DNA of 64,000 bases, from assembly GCA_039090665.1 (NCBI GenBank), contig JAWCSL010000001.1, forward strand, positions 46,524 to 110,523, written 5' to 3'. This DNA is from Candidatus Aenigmatarchaeota archaeon (GTDB taxonomy: Archaea; Aenigmatarchaeota; Aenigmatarchaeia; CG10238-14; SCSR01). Shown piece after piece: positions 18,779 to 28,403 of the stretch. Under the pieces are notes generated by a model. It was not told the origin of the DNA. It made no database searches and saw only the letters and a program-made list of their open reading frames with translations. Numbering within the stretch: the stretch's first letter is position 1; each line of letters begins with the position of its first letter. The position numbers and the translations under genes are program-made.

Positions 18779-20509
18779 CTATGGAGCACCAAATGAAGAT
18801 TTTATGAAGTTTACTATCATACCCCAGGCCGCTGCTACTTCACGTAAATAGTATTTTGTTATTCTCTCTTTGAGAGCAAATTCATAAGGAATTTTATAAG
18901 GAACTTTTGCTCTGAAGAAATTCAATTCTAAACCAAAGAACTCGAAAAATTTTTCAAAAATTTTAGTTATCCTTTCAACAGGATTCTCTCCTTTCTCCTT
19001 TACTTTTTCCTTTCTTTCTTCTTCAAACTTTTTTGTATACTCTTTCACAAGCTCATCGATATCAACAATTTCTATTCTCTTCTTTCCCCCATCTTCTTTT
19101 TCCAAAACTCCAGCCTCACCTAACATTTGTTTCAAATAAAGTTCAATCTTTTTGTCTTTTACTTCAAGCTCTATCAATCTACCTATTATTATATTTTGAG
19201 TTTCAAGCCAAGCCGTTAGTCTATCAAACATTAAATCTTCAATTTCAGTTCCATTTGGCAAGCGAATAACAGCTCTTATTACAGGAATTTCAAAGAACAT
19301 GAAGTACGGACTAAACACCCAAGCTTCATAGTCTGTAAGACCTGAAACAGATTTTTCAAATCTATTGACAAGTCTTTCTCTTGCTTTAAAAATCTCTTTA
19401 GCAGTAATTTTTATTCCTTTATACTCACTAGAGTTTTCTATAGCTTTAATTATTTTCCTTACAACCTCATCTATAGAAGGCTCTACAGGTAAAGCTTTAA
19501 CCATCCCATCTTTATCTAACAATCCTTCTTCTTTCAATTCTTCTATTTCTTCTGGCGTGAATCCTGCCTCTTCAGCAGGAATTTTGTCTAAAGGAGTTTC
19601 TCTCACAGCTTTGTACTTATCTGGAGCTGCAAAAGGTTTCCAGGCCCAAATGGTAGCAATATCTAAAGACATCGCTTGAGATTCAGGCTTCCAGAAAGCA
19701 GCTCTCTCAAGAAGAGAAGCTATTGCAGGATCGCTAAGTCCATCAACTATGGATTTATATCTTCTTAATGTAGGTTTAAGCATCTCTTTATATTCTTCAT
19801 AAGATTTTTTTCTCGCTTCAACTAATCCGATCAAGCTTTTAAACCTTTCTTCCACAGCTTTCTTGAAAAGCTCGTCTCTCCATTCCTTATAAAGTTTGTT
19901 TTTTGTTGCTAGGATTACAGCTTCTGCTTCAGAAACTTTGTGTTTTTCTGCTATTTTCTTTGGTTCAACATCTTCATCATCAAGCTTCATGAAATCTGCA
20001 ATAATTGTCGGCCATCTTGCAGCTATAGACCTCAAAGCAATTGGCTGGTTTGGTAAGTCTGTATGAGCATCAACTTGATCTATGAAAATTGCTTTGAGAG
20101 ATTGCTCACCTTGTAATCTAAGCTTATCATCTTTCTTTTTCTTACCAACTTCTATCATCTTGTAATAATCCATGAACTCCTTGTATTTTCTCAAATCATG
20201 TCTCAAGAGCTCTAAGTCCGAAAAAGCTGTGGCTATACTTGCCAAACCAGCTTTTATTATTGCTTCCAACTCTTCTTTTTGTTTCAGCGTTAGTTGGTAG
20301 TATTGTTGAAAAACTGGGCTCACTACTATTTTTTCATCAATTTTTACTCTTTCAAATCCCCACTTTGGAAGCTGGAAAATTAAAGCCAGAAGAACTCCAG
20401 AAGCTTTACCAAGATTTGAGTCTATATCAAGAAAAATGTTACAATCTTTTAGTTGAATGTTAAGGCCGCATCCTGGAGGAATTTTATCATCTTTCGGATA
20501 TTCAACCAT
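18779..20509 (-). CDS. 576-aa hypothetical protein, largely helical/coiled-coil
   Basis: Long intact ORF in operon; motifs LKAIFIDQVDAH, RWPTIIADF. Confidence 0.8.
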   Translation of the reverse strand: MVEYPKDDKIPPGCGLNIQLKDCNIFLDIDSNLGKASGVLLALIFQLPKWGFERVKIDEKIVVSPVFQQYYQLTLKQKEELEAIIKAGLASIATAFSDLELLRHDLRKYKEFMDYYKMIEVGKKKKDDKLRLQGEQSLKAIFIDQVDAHTDLPNQPIALRSIAARWPTIIADFMKLDDEDVEPKKIAEKHKVSEAEAVILATKNKLYKEWRDELFKKAVEERFKSLIGLVEARKKSYEEYKEMLKPTLRRYKSIVDGLSDPAIASLLERAAFWKPESQAMSLDIATIWAWKPFAAPDKYKAVRETPLDKIPAEEAGFTPEEIEELKEEGLLDKDGMVKALPVEPSIDEVVRKIIKAIENSSEYKGIKITAKEIFKARERLVNRFEKSVSGLTDYEAWVFSPYFMFFEIPVIRAVIRLPNGTEIEDLMFDRLTAWLETQNIIIGRLIELEVKDKKIELYLKQMLGEAGVLEKEDGGKKRIEIVDIDELVKEYTKKFEEERKEKVKEKGENPVERITKIFEKFFEFFGLELNFFRAKVPYKIPYEFALKERITKYYLREVAAAWGMIVNFIKSSFGAP

Positions 20510-20534
20510 AATTTAAATTAATTTTTTTTCTGTA

Positions 20535-20696
20535 TTAAGTTTTCAACAAGTAAATCCCAACAGCAATCAAACCAAAGCCTAAGATAACTCCAGTGAAGCT
20601 AATTTGTTCTGGTTGGTAATCTTTTATTTCAGGAAAGAACATAACTGTCAAAATTCCTCCAAGTAGACAAACTGCACCCAAAATTTTGTTTAACAT
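20535..20696 (-). CDS. 53-aa two-TM membrane micro-protein (not in ORF track)
   Basis: MLNKILGAVCLLGGILTVMFFPEIKDYQPEQISFTGVILGFGLIAVGIYLLKT; start abuts the upstream stop. Confidence 0.75.
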   Translation of the reverse strand: MLNKILGAVCLLGGILTVMFFPEIKDYQPEQISFTGVILGFGLIAVGIYLLKT

Positions 20697-20840
20697 CTAT
20701 TTAATTAATTGAATTCCCAATCCTAAAAAAATTGGACCAAGCAATAGCTGTACTAAAAAAGAATCGTAATCTTCCACCCTACCACAATTAAAAGTAAAAA
20801 CTAAACCAAGAAATATCAAAACCGCACCCAAAACTTTCAT
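20697..20840 (-). CDS. 47-aa two-TM membrane micro-protein, similar to its neighbour (not in ORF track)
   Basis: MKVLGAVLIFLGLVFTFNCGRVEDYDSFLVQLLLGPIFLGLGIQLIK. Confidence 0.7.
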   Translation of the reverse strand: MKVLGAVLIFLGLVFTFNCGRVEDYDSFLVQLLLGPIFLGLGIQLIK

Positions 20841-20909
20841 GTTTATTCTTTAAGACAAAGGATTTTAAATCTTTTTATTTTCTACCCATTAAATAAATTA
20901 TGTGGTTGA

Positions 20910-21443
20910 ATGCCGGTTTTTGCTAGAACAAAGCTTGTAATTCAAGATGATTGTTTGGTCCCACAAGCTTCTTTTGCCACAATAGAATACAAGGGCCCAA
21001 ATCCCCAAAACCTTTACAATAAAATTAAAGAATTGCTTGTCACAATTTGGAGAGTAGATCCTGGGGATGTTCAAGAGAGAGAATTCAGCTGGGATAGAAG
21101 CTCAGGAACTGAAAAATTCAGGGTTAGGTTTGAAGCTGTTAAAGACCTTGATACTTTCAGTTTTTTCTTCATAAGGATAAATTTAAGTGGAGAAGCAAAG
21201 CATAGTAGAGAATTTGGAAGAGAAGGAAGTGCAAAAATCGAGCTCGACACTTGTCTTAGAACAGAATATCCTCAAGACACGATTTGGCAAAGAAGCTTGA
21301 TTTATGAAATGTTTAGGATGCTTTGGCATAAAGCAATTTATCAGAACACAAGGCTAAGATACTTACAAGAGTGTAGGGAGCTCTCACATAAGTTTTTAGA
21401 AGAAATAAAATCTTTTCTTAACGCTTTACCAAAAAGTTATTAG
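20910..21443 (+). CDS. Hypothetical protein (paralogue of next gene)
   Basis: DD...IEYKGPNP...YNK...ERE F.W...LRTEY shared with 21452-21967. Confidence 0.8.
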   Translation: MPVFARTKLVIQDDCLVPQASFATIEYKGPNPQNLYNKIKELLVTIWRVDPGDVQEREFSWDRSSGTEKFRVRFEAVKDLDTFSFFFIRINLSGEAKHSREFGREGSAKIELDTCLRTEYPQDTIWQRSLIYEMFRMLWHKAIYQNTRLRYLQECRELSHKFLEEIKSFLNALPKSY

Positions 21444-21451
21444 TGTAAATT

Positions 21452-21967
21452 ATGCCGAGTTGGATTGTTGAAGACGATATTCTTGCACCAAGGAATAAGA
21501 TTGAAATAAATTACAAAGGATTGAACCCAATTCAATTTTACAAGAAACTTGATAGCAATTATTTTCAAACAAGATTTGAAGTTGGAGGTACAGACTATAT
21601 GGAAAGGGATTTCAGATGGAGTGCTGATAGCGAACCACACCCTTTTTTCATAAGAGTTTTTGTTCACAAAGGCTATGATAACTACACTGAAGCGTGGTTC
21701 GAAATTCTATTTCAAGGAGTTCAACCTTCTGATCCAACAAAAGAGGGAAACGTGAAGATAACAATAGGCGGGAACTTGAGGACAGAATTCAAACTTAAAA
21801 CAGGCTTCCAGCAAACTCCTTTGTACAAAGCTTTGCTTTGGCTTTACATAAAAATTTTCTATGCAAATGTGAGGAGAAGCTATTTGAAAGATGCACAAAA
21901 AAGGATTGAGTTGCTTGTGAAAGAAATAAGAGAATGGGCAGGAATGCCGGAGGTTGTTTATGTTTAG
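21452..21967 (+). CDS. Hypothetical protein (paralogue of previous gene)
   Basis: EDD...INYKGLNP...YKK...ERDFRW...LRTEF. Confidence 0.8.
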   Translation: MPSWIVEDDILAPRNKIEINYKGLNPIQFYKKLDSNYFQTRFEVGGTDYMERDFRWSADSEPHPFFIRVFVHKGYDNYTEAWFEILFQGVQPSDPTKEGNVKITIGGNLRTEFKLKTGFQQTPLYKALLWLYIKIFYANVRRSYLKDAQKRIELLVKEIREWAGMPEVVYV

Positions 21968-22175
21968 TTGGTTCAAGAAAAAAGAGAAGCCTTTGCCACC
22001 AGAATCTCTTAAGCCCTTGGAGCCTTTAGAACCTTTAGAACCTAAACCTGAAGTAAATAAAATCCCGACAGAGCAAAAAATTGAATTGCTTTTAGCGCAA
22101 ATTGAAGCGATGAATGAAAGATTGAAGAATATTGAAAGAATGGTGGAAGAAATTTATAAAATAGCAAAGGGTTAA
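21960..22175 (+). CDS. Small Pro-rich/coiled-coil protein
   Basis: PLEPLEPLEP repeat then coiled coil; overlaps the upstream stop. Confidence 0.7.
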   Translation: MFSWFKKKEKPLPPESLKPLEPLEPLEPKPEVNKIPTEQKIELLLAQIEAMNERLKNIERMVEEIYKIAKG

Positions 22176-22200
22176 TTCTCTGTCTTTTCAATATAGAATT

Positions 22201-23355
22201 ATGATAATTGGCATTTGTGGAAAAACAAATGTGGGTAAATCAAGCTTTTTCAAGGCAGCCACTTTAATTGATGTTGAAATTGCAAATAGGCGCTTTGTTA
22301 CAATAAAACCAAATTTTGGAATAGGTTATGTTATAACCGATTGTGTTTGCAAAGAGTTTGGAGTAAAGTGCAATCCGAAAAATAGCATTTGTAAAAATGG
22401 GAAAAGGTTCATTCCAATACAGCTTGTAGATGTTGCTGGTTTAATTCCAGGAGCTCATGAAGGAAAAGGTCTTGGGAACAAATTTCTTGACGATCTGAGA
22501 CAAGCTTCTGCTTTCATTCATATAGTTGATGCTTCTGGCTTGACAGACCAAGAAGGGAATCCAACTAAAGGTTATGATCCGAGCTTTGATGTAAAATTTG
22601 TTAAGGAAGAGATAGAATTGTGGTTTGCTGATGTAATAAAAAGAGCTTTGAGTAAAATTGTGAAAGCTCAATCTAGAACTGAGCTAGTTCAGCTTTTGAC
22701 AGAACAGCTTAGCGGGCTTGAAATCAGAAAAGAGCATATAGAAGCAGCTTTGGAAAAAGTTTGGATAAGTGATGTTGAGAAGTTTGCAAAGGAAATAAGG
22801 AAGATTTCTAAACCAATGCTAATAGCTGCCAACAAGATTGATTTACCGGAAGCTCAAGAAAATTTGGAAAAATTGAAAAAAGAATTTCCAGACTTGATGA
22901 TAATTCCAACTTCAGCTGACTATGAGATTGCTTTGAGGAAGGCTGCTGAAGCTGGGCTGATAGATTATTTGCCTGGTAATGGTTTTAAGGTTCTTGATGA
23001 AACCAAGCTGAGCGAAACACAAAAGAAAGCTTTGGAAAAGATAAAGGCTTTGATTGAAAAGTATGGTTCTACAGGAGTACAAGATTGTTTGAATAAAGCT
23101 GTTTTTGATTTGCTTGGCTACATTGTGGTTTATCCTGTTGAAGATGAGAACAAGCTTTGCGATAAGCATGGCAATGTTTTGCCTGATGCTTTGTTGATGC
23201 CAAAGGGTTCTACTGCTTTGGATTTGGCTTTCAAAATTCATACAGAAATTGGTGAGAAATTCATTTGTGCGATAGATGCTAGGAGCAAGAGAAGGCTTGG
23301 AAAAGATTATGTTCTTAAGGATAAAGATGTGATAAGGATAATGGTGGCAAAGTAG
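22201..23355 (+). CDS. ychF: YchF/Ola1-family Obg-like NTPase with TGS domain
   Basis: GKTNVGKS, DVAGLIPGAHEGKGLGNKFL, NKID, C-terminal TGS. Confidence 0.93.
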   Translation: MIIGICGKTNVGKSSFFKAATLIDVEIANRRFVTIKPNFGIGYVITDCVCKEFGVKCNPKNSICKNGKRFIPIQLVDVAGLIPGAHEGKGLGNKFLDDLRQASAFIHIVDASGLTDQEGNPTKGYDPSFDVKFVKEEIELWFADVIKRALSKIVKAQSRTELVQLLTEQLSGLEIRKEHIEAALEKVWISDVEKFAKEIRKISKPMLIAANKIDLPEAQENLEKLKKEFPDLMIIPTSADYEIALRKAAEAGLIDYLPGNGFKVLDETKLSETQKKALEKIKALIEKYGSTGVQDCLNKAVFDLLGYIVVYPVEDENKLCDKHGNVLPDALLMPKGSTALDLAFKIHTEIGEKFICAIDARSKRRLGKDYVLKDKDVIRIMVAK

Positions 23356-23435
23356 ACTTTTGCCTATTGTGAATCAATAGAAGTGTAAGAAGAACCTAAA
23401 GGTAAATAATTTCTAAAATCCAAATTACTTATTGA

Positions 23436-23549
23436 ATGGTTGTACTCAAGAAAAGGTTTCGTGGCGTTAGACAAAGCTTAAAAAGAGCAAGAGCTTACTT
23501 GGATAGAAAAATTTACAACAAGTTTTGGAGGTACTTGAGGAGGAAGTGA
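23436..23549 (+). CDS. Putative 37-aa highly basic peptide directly upstream of Ku
   Basis: MVVLKKRFRGVRQSLKRARAYLDRKIYNKFWRYLRRK; its TGA abuts the Ku ATG. Confidence 0.45.
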   Translation: MVVLKKRFRGVRQSLKRARAYLDRKIYNKFWRYLRRK

Positions 23550-24344
23550 ATGCCGAGGGCAATCTTCACGGGAGCAATTTCTTTCGGCCTCGTTCATATT
23601 CCGATCAGAATTTACACTGCTACTGAATCAAAAGAAATAGAGTTTCACAATTTGTGTCCTGAATGTCTTTCGCCTTTGGAATACAAGAGATGGTGTCCAA
23701 AATGTCAGAAAGAAGTTGCTTGGCAAGATGTAAAGAAAGGGTTCAAGATTTCAAAAGAAAGATGGGTTGTTCTTGATAAAGAAGAAATAGAAAAGCTCAA
23801 GCTACCAAGCACGAAAGCCTTAGAAATTCAAAGCTTTATTGATGTTTCTCAAATAGACCCAATTTTCTTCCAGAAAGCTTACTATGTTGTTCCTGAGGAG
23901 GGAGGAGAAAAACCTTATTCTCTGCTTGTAGAAGCTCTAAGGCTTGCGAACAAAGCAGCAATTGGCAAAGTGGTTTTGAAGAATAAGGAATACTTAGTTT
24001 GCTTGAGGCCTTTTAAGAAAGGGTTGGTCATGCACTTGCTTTACTTCTTGCGTGAAATTAAAGATATAGAAGAGTTGCCCGAACTTAAGAATTTGGTCGT
24101 TGTTAGCAAAGAAGAGCTCGAGTTGGCAAAAGCTTTGATAAGCAAGCTTACAGAAGAAGAGTTTGATGCCAGCAAGTTTAAAGATGAGTATACTGAAAAA
24201 CTGAAAGAACTGATAAAAGCTAAGGCTGAAGGTAAGGAAGTTGAAATCAAAGCTGAAGAGAGAGTAGCGGAAGCTAAAAGTCTTATGGAAGCCTTGAAAG
24301 CAAGCGTTGAACAAGCGAAGAAGAAAAAAGTTGAAGAGAAATAA
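23550..24344 (+). CDS. ku: Prokaryotic Ku protein (NHEJ)
   Basis: MPRAIFTGAISFGLVHIP, IDPIFF..AYYVVP, KDEYTEKL, LMEALKAS; CxxC/CxxC in bridge region. Confidence 0.95.
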   Translation: MPRAIFTGAISFGLVHIPIRIYTATESKEIEFHNLCPECLSPLEYKRWCPKCQKEVAWQDVKKGFKISKERWVVLDKEEIEKLKLPSTKALEIQSFIDVSQIDPIFFQKAYYVVPEEGGEKPYSLLVEALRLANKAAIGKVVLKNKEYLVCLRPFKKGLVMHLLYFLREIKDIEELPELKNLVVVSKEELELAKALISKLTEEEFDASKFKDEYTEKLKELIKAKAEGKEVEIKAEERVAEAKSLMEALKASVEQAKKKKVEEK

Positions 24345-24346
24345 TT

Positions 24347-25318
24347 ATGAGCCTTTGGAATAAAACGATAAAACCAATGCTTGCTGAAATTGCTAAGCCT
24401 TTTAGTGATGAGAAATTCTGCTTTGAGATAAAGTTTGATGGTACTAGAACAATAGCTTACATAGACAAGCAGAAAAAAGAAGTAAGGTTTTTAAATAGGC
24501 GTGGCATATGGTTTCAAGACCGCTACCCCGAGATGAAAGAGCTTTGGAAAGATGTGGAAGCAGAGCAAGTAATTCTTGATGGTGAGCTTGTTGTTTTTAA
24601 TCAAGGAAAGCCTGATTTTTACCTTTTGGCTGAAAGGGAGCATGTTGGAAGCAAAGCTAGAGCTGAAATTTTATCAAGGCTTAATCCTGCCACGCTTGTT
24701 GTTTTTGATGTTTTGCATTTGGATGGAAAAGATTTAGTTGATCTTCCTTTGATTGAAAGAAAGAAGATTTTGGAGAAAATTGTGAAAGAGAGTGAAAGAG
24801 TTTTGATTTCAGCTTATGTTATTGGTGAAGGTGAAAAATTTTTTGAAGAAGTTAAGGCTAAAGGTTTTGAGGGTGTGATGGCAAAGAGGCTTGATTCAAA
24901 GTATGAAATTGGAAGAAGAAGCAAGAATTGGCTGAAGATCAAAGCTTTAAACAGCTTGGATGCAATAATTTGTGGTTATACTTTAGGTGAAGGTAAGCGC
25001 GAGAAATACTTTGGGGCTTTGTTGCTCGGAGCGATACATGAAGGCAAGCTTAGGTACATTGGACGCGTGGGCACAGGCTGGCAGGAAAAAGATTTGGAAG
25101 AGCTAACTCAAAAACTTAAAAAAATTGAAATTGAGAAAAATCCTTTTGATGTTTTTGAAGAAGAGCCTTCTATTCTTGAAAAAGTTAAGTGGGTAAAACC
25201 AAAGCTTGTTTGTGAAGTTCAGTTTTTAGAGCTAACAGAAGATTTGAAGCTGAGAGCACCAAGCTTCAAGAGGTTGAGGGAAGATAAAGCTGCAGAAGAA
25301 TGTAGCTTAGAAGTTTAA
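24347..25318 (+). CDS. ATP-dependent DNA ligase (LigD-type ligase domain only)
   Basis: PMLA, EIKFDG, LDGE, FDVL, EGVMAK, WLKIK, GRVGTG, LRAPSF. Confidence 0.93.
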   Translation: MSLWNKTIKPMLAEIAKPFSDEKFCFEIKFDGTRTIAYIDKQKKEVRFLNRRGIWFQDRYPEMKELWKDVEAEQVILDGELVVFNQGKPDFYLLAEREHVGSKARAEILSRLNPATLVVFDVLHLDGKDLVDLPLIERKKILEKIVKESERVLISAYVIGEGEKFFEEVKAKGFEGVMAKRLDSKYEIGRRSKNWLKIKALNSLDAIICGYTLGEGKREKYFGALLLGAIHEGKLRYIGRVGTGWQEKDLEELTQKLKKIEIEKNPFDVFEEEPSILEKVKWVKPKLVCEVQFLELTEDLKLRAPSFKRLREDKAAEECSLEV

Positions 25319-25397
25319 AAAAATAATTAATTTACTTCGTTAGGTTTGTAGAGAAAATAGCCTATATGCTTTTAAATTCAGAAAAGAAAAATATCAC

Positions 25398-25886
25398 TTA
25401 AGATTTTTTCAGTTTTTTGAAAATCAGGAAAACCACAACTATACAAATTGCTATACTCGCAATCAAAATTACATATTGGTATAAAGGAATACTTTTTGTG
25501 GGACATCTTAACCTTCTATCAACTACACACTGGAAAGAGTTTCCATTAGGGTATGTTATGCTTATATTCCATGTATAGTTAGCATCAGAACTTACAGAAG
25601 CTTCAGCAAAACTAAAGCTTCCTGTAAAATTACATTCAAATTCTTTTCCAACGTCCCATCGATCAACTAAATAATTGCAAGTGTAGTTTTTAGTTTCCCA
25701 CCAATTCTTATCAAGTGGTTTGTTTACACCTATTCCAAGCCATCTTAAGTAGGGGTCGTCAGTACCTAGAATTTTAACTTTTACACTAGAAGCTGTGGTT
25801 GATCCATTAACTAAAGAAAGAGGTAAAACAATTAGAAGAAAAATAATGATACTTATAACAACTTTATTTTTTATCTTTTTTATCAT
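25398..25886 (-). CDS. Secreted protein with C-terminal membrane anchor
   Basis: N-terminal signal, C-terminal TM plus KKLKK. Confidence 0.7.
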   Translation of the reverse strand: MIKKIKNKVVISIIIFLLIVLPLSLVNGSTTASSVKVKILGTDDPYLRWLGIGVNKPLDKNWWETKNYTCNYLVDRWDVGKEFECNFTGSFSFAEASVSSDANYTWNISITYPNGNSFQCVVDRRLRCPTKSIPLYQYVILIASIAICIVVVFLIFKKLKKS

Positions 25887-25919
25887 TAATTATTAATTAT
25901 GTTCAGCCCAATAAATAAT

Positions 25920-26330
25920 AAATAATTTACTTCACAAGGAAGCCGCTTTTTTATAGCATCAACCCAATCTTTTTTACTCATCCAGTGTTTGAATTCAAAT
26001 TCAATTTTTTCTTCTTTCCCCTATGACAAATAAGTTACAACAATCTTTTGCCATGAGAGCAGTTTCGTGCCTATATGTTCTACATTTCTAATATTTTCAA
26101 GTGGTATAGAAACACTGTCTTTTGTTTCTCTTATCAATTTTTCCATCTCTTCTAGTGAAATTTTTCCTCTAGCTAAAAGTCTGTGAGCAAGTTCACCTCT
26201 ACCGAAGAAAAACATTTGTGCTTCTTTGTGAGGGGCTACCCACACTAGCCTTTTATTTGTCAAAATCAAGTGACCTGGTCTTAAAGTTAGCGCACCAATT
26301 CTTTCTAATAATTTCTCCTTCTATTTTCAT
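25920..26330 (-). pseudogene. Frameshifted PH-like domain gene
   Basis: GHLILTNKRLVW...SIPLENIRNVE; C-terminal KDWVDAIKK in another frame. Confidence 0.55.
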
Positions 26331-26360
26331 CACCCTATTCAAGCGATTAAAGTAGTGATA

Positions 26361-26948
26361 TTATAATTTTTTTTTCAAGATCATTGGAAGAAAAACTATT
26401 CCGATTACTGCCCCAATTACTATTCCGACTAGTGTTGCAACTACAATTATTCCCAACGCTTTCCCCATGGAGACTTTATGTAAGATTGAGATGCCTATGA
26501 GCATTATGTAAATCCCATACAAAATTCCTACTATGTTGACAAAAGGTATCCATCCCAGTAGGAATGAAGGAGTAGAAGAAATAGCAACTGCTGTCATGGT
26601 AGAAGGAAAATTTCCCTCCCCACCAAATATTTTGATAAATATATGGAGGTAAAGAGCTCCTATAATAAAGCTTATCAATAAAATAAGGATTACTCCCAAA
26701 AAAGAAAAATACACCTAATCCCATCAAAATTTGTAAGAACCTAAATCCTAATAATCCTCCTATAGCCATATTGGTAAGGATTGGTTAATAAAACTGTGTA
26801 TATAAGAGAAAAGATGGTAATGTATACCAAAGCCAAAGAGTCTACTATAGAAGGTTTAATTCGACTAAATAGTTGTGAAGGAGAAAGAATAGCATCCCTT
26901 ACAGTTGAAACAAAATTCTCTAAGATGTTGTCTCAAAATTAACTCATT
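26361..26948 (-). pseudogene. Yip1-domain membrane protein, frameshifted
   Basis: N-fragment RDAILSPSQLFSRIK; C-fragment LHIFIKIFGGEG...GWIPFV...KALG. Confidence 0.65.
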
Positions 26949-27047
26949 CTAAACACAAATTATAAGTCTAGACAGGTGTGTAGAGGAGGTATCCACTATG
27001 GTACTAGATGGAATTTTGTAATTTCTACCTTGATTACATTATCAGTA

Positions 27048-27815
27048 TCATTCACTCACAGTTGATGGTAGTTCAAATTCGGTATCCGGTGGCGCCTCTA
27101 AAATAAACTTAGTTGTACTTGCTGTTACTTTGCTTGTGACCAAACTTTCTTTACCCTCTTCTATCAGTTTGACAGAAATTTCTGCTATTGTTTCCAAAAC
27201 TAGACTGAATTCTTTATCCACACATTCTGTGACAAGATATTTTTCATACTTTACCTGATTTCCAGTAATTTCAAACACCTTGAGTAAGGAATTTACAACG
27301 TTCGTGAAATCCATTTTATGACAAACACAATTTCTTTTTGACACTTCTTTTTCCCAAGTATTAGTTATTGGAATTTTCTCCACATATTTTTCTAAGAAAG
27401 TTTCTGGAATTTTGTTAACTTTCTCTATTGTTTTTTCAATACCTTCCGACATTCCCACGAATTTACAAGACCAAACTTCCTCTATTTTCTCACACTTATA
27501 AATCTTGTTGCCAATCCAAAAAGAGCAACTCTCACTCATATCTGGTAATATTTCGCATATTTTAAGTTTATCACCATTTCTAATGATTTTCTTTTTCACA
27601 TTTAAGTAATTGAAGCTGAAAAGATTCCAATACAATTCTTCCTTTCCACCTACATCACCTTCAATTTTTTCTTCTGTCTCCCACTGAAATTTTTCAGGAA
27701 AATTTACTTTTTTCATCAATCCTTCTGAGAAAATGTGAGGTTTAGTTAAGACAATATATGTAGCCAAACCTGTTACCAAAAGAAGCCCAATTATTATCAA
27801 TAGTACTATTCTCAT
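27048..27815 (-). CDS. Membrane-anchored secreted protein
   Basis: N-terminal TM, paired Cys, C-terminal PPDTEFELP. Confidence 0.7.
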   Translation of the reverse strand: MRIVLLIIIGLLLVTGLATYIVLTKPHIFSEGLMKKVNFPEKFQWETEEKIEGDVGGKEELYWNLFSFNYLNVKKKIIRNGDKLKICEILPDMSESCSFWIGNKIYKCEKIEEVWSCKFVGMSEGIEKTIEKVNKIPETFLEKYVEKIPITNTWEKEVSKRNCVCHKMDFTNVVNSLLKVFEITGNQVKYEKYLVTECVDKEFSLVLETIAEISVKLIEEGKESLVTSKVTASTTKFILEAPPDTEFELPSTVSE

Positions 27816-27888
27816 TGTTTATTTAATTTATTTTTGATTTGAATAAATAAATACTAACATTAGTTCCAAATTAGAACGAAAAATTCAA

Positions 27889-28340
27889 ATGTTCTTATAT
27901 AGAACTTATCTGGAAATCTTAAAACTTCTTAATAAGTTGGTGGGAAAGTGGTGAAAATCAAAGGAAAAAGCACGTGAGTACAAGAGAAAGGTCTTCGAGA
28001 GTGCGAAAAAGACATTTTTCAATTACAGACAAATTCTCCTTTTGAATGGATTACGCAGAAGAGGAAAGACTACTATCATTTTTCAATTAATAGAAGAGAT
28101 CGACTTCTTGAAGTTGAATGATAAGTTTTGCCAATAGAAGTAAAGGAAAAAGAGACTATAAACAAAAAAGATATTGCAACATTGCTTTATTTCATGAAAA
28201 AATTCGAAGTAAGTAAAGGAGTAGTTGTATAATGGAAAAGAAGAAACTATAGAGATAAATAAAAGAAAAATAATACTTTTGCCGATACACAAACTTCTTT
28301 TCAATTTCAGCTTGGCAACTTCGAAAAAAATTGTGGAGCT
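27889..28340 (+). pseudogene. Internally deleted AAA_14/DUF4143 ATPase remnant
   Basis: QILLLNGLRRRGKTTIIFQLIE fused directly to EIDF...PIEVKEK...LLPIHKLL; stops and frameshifts. Confidence 0.7.
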
Positions 28341-28403
28341 TTTTGACAATTTTCGATAAGCAGTGGTCAAAAGAATTTTATTGTAAAAATTCAATTAATA
28401 AAT

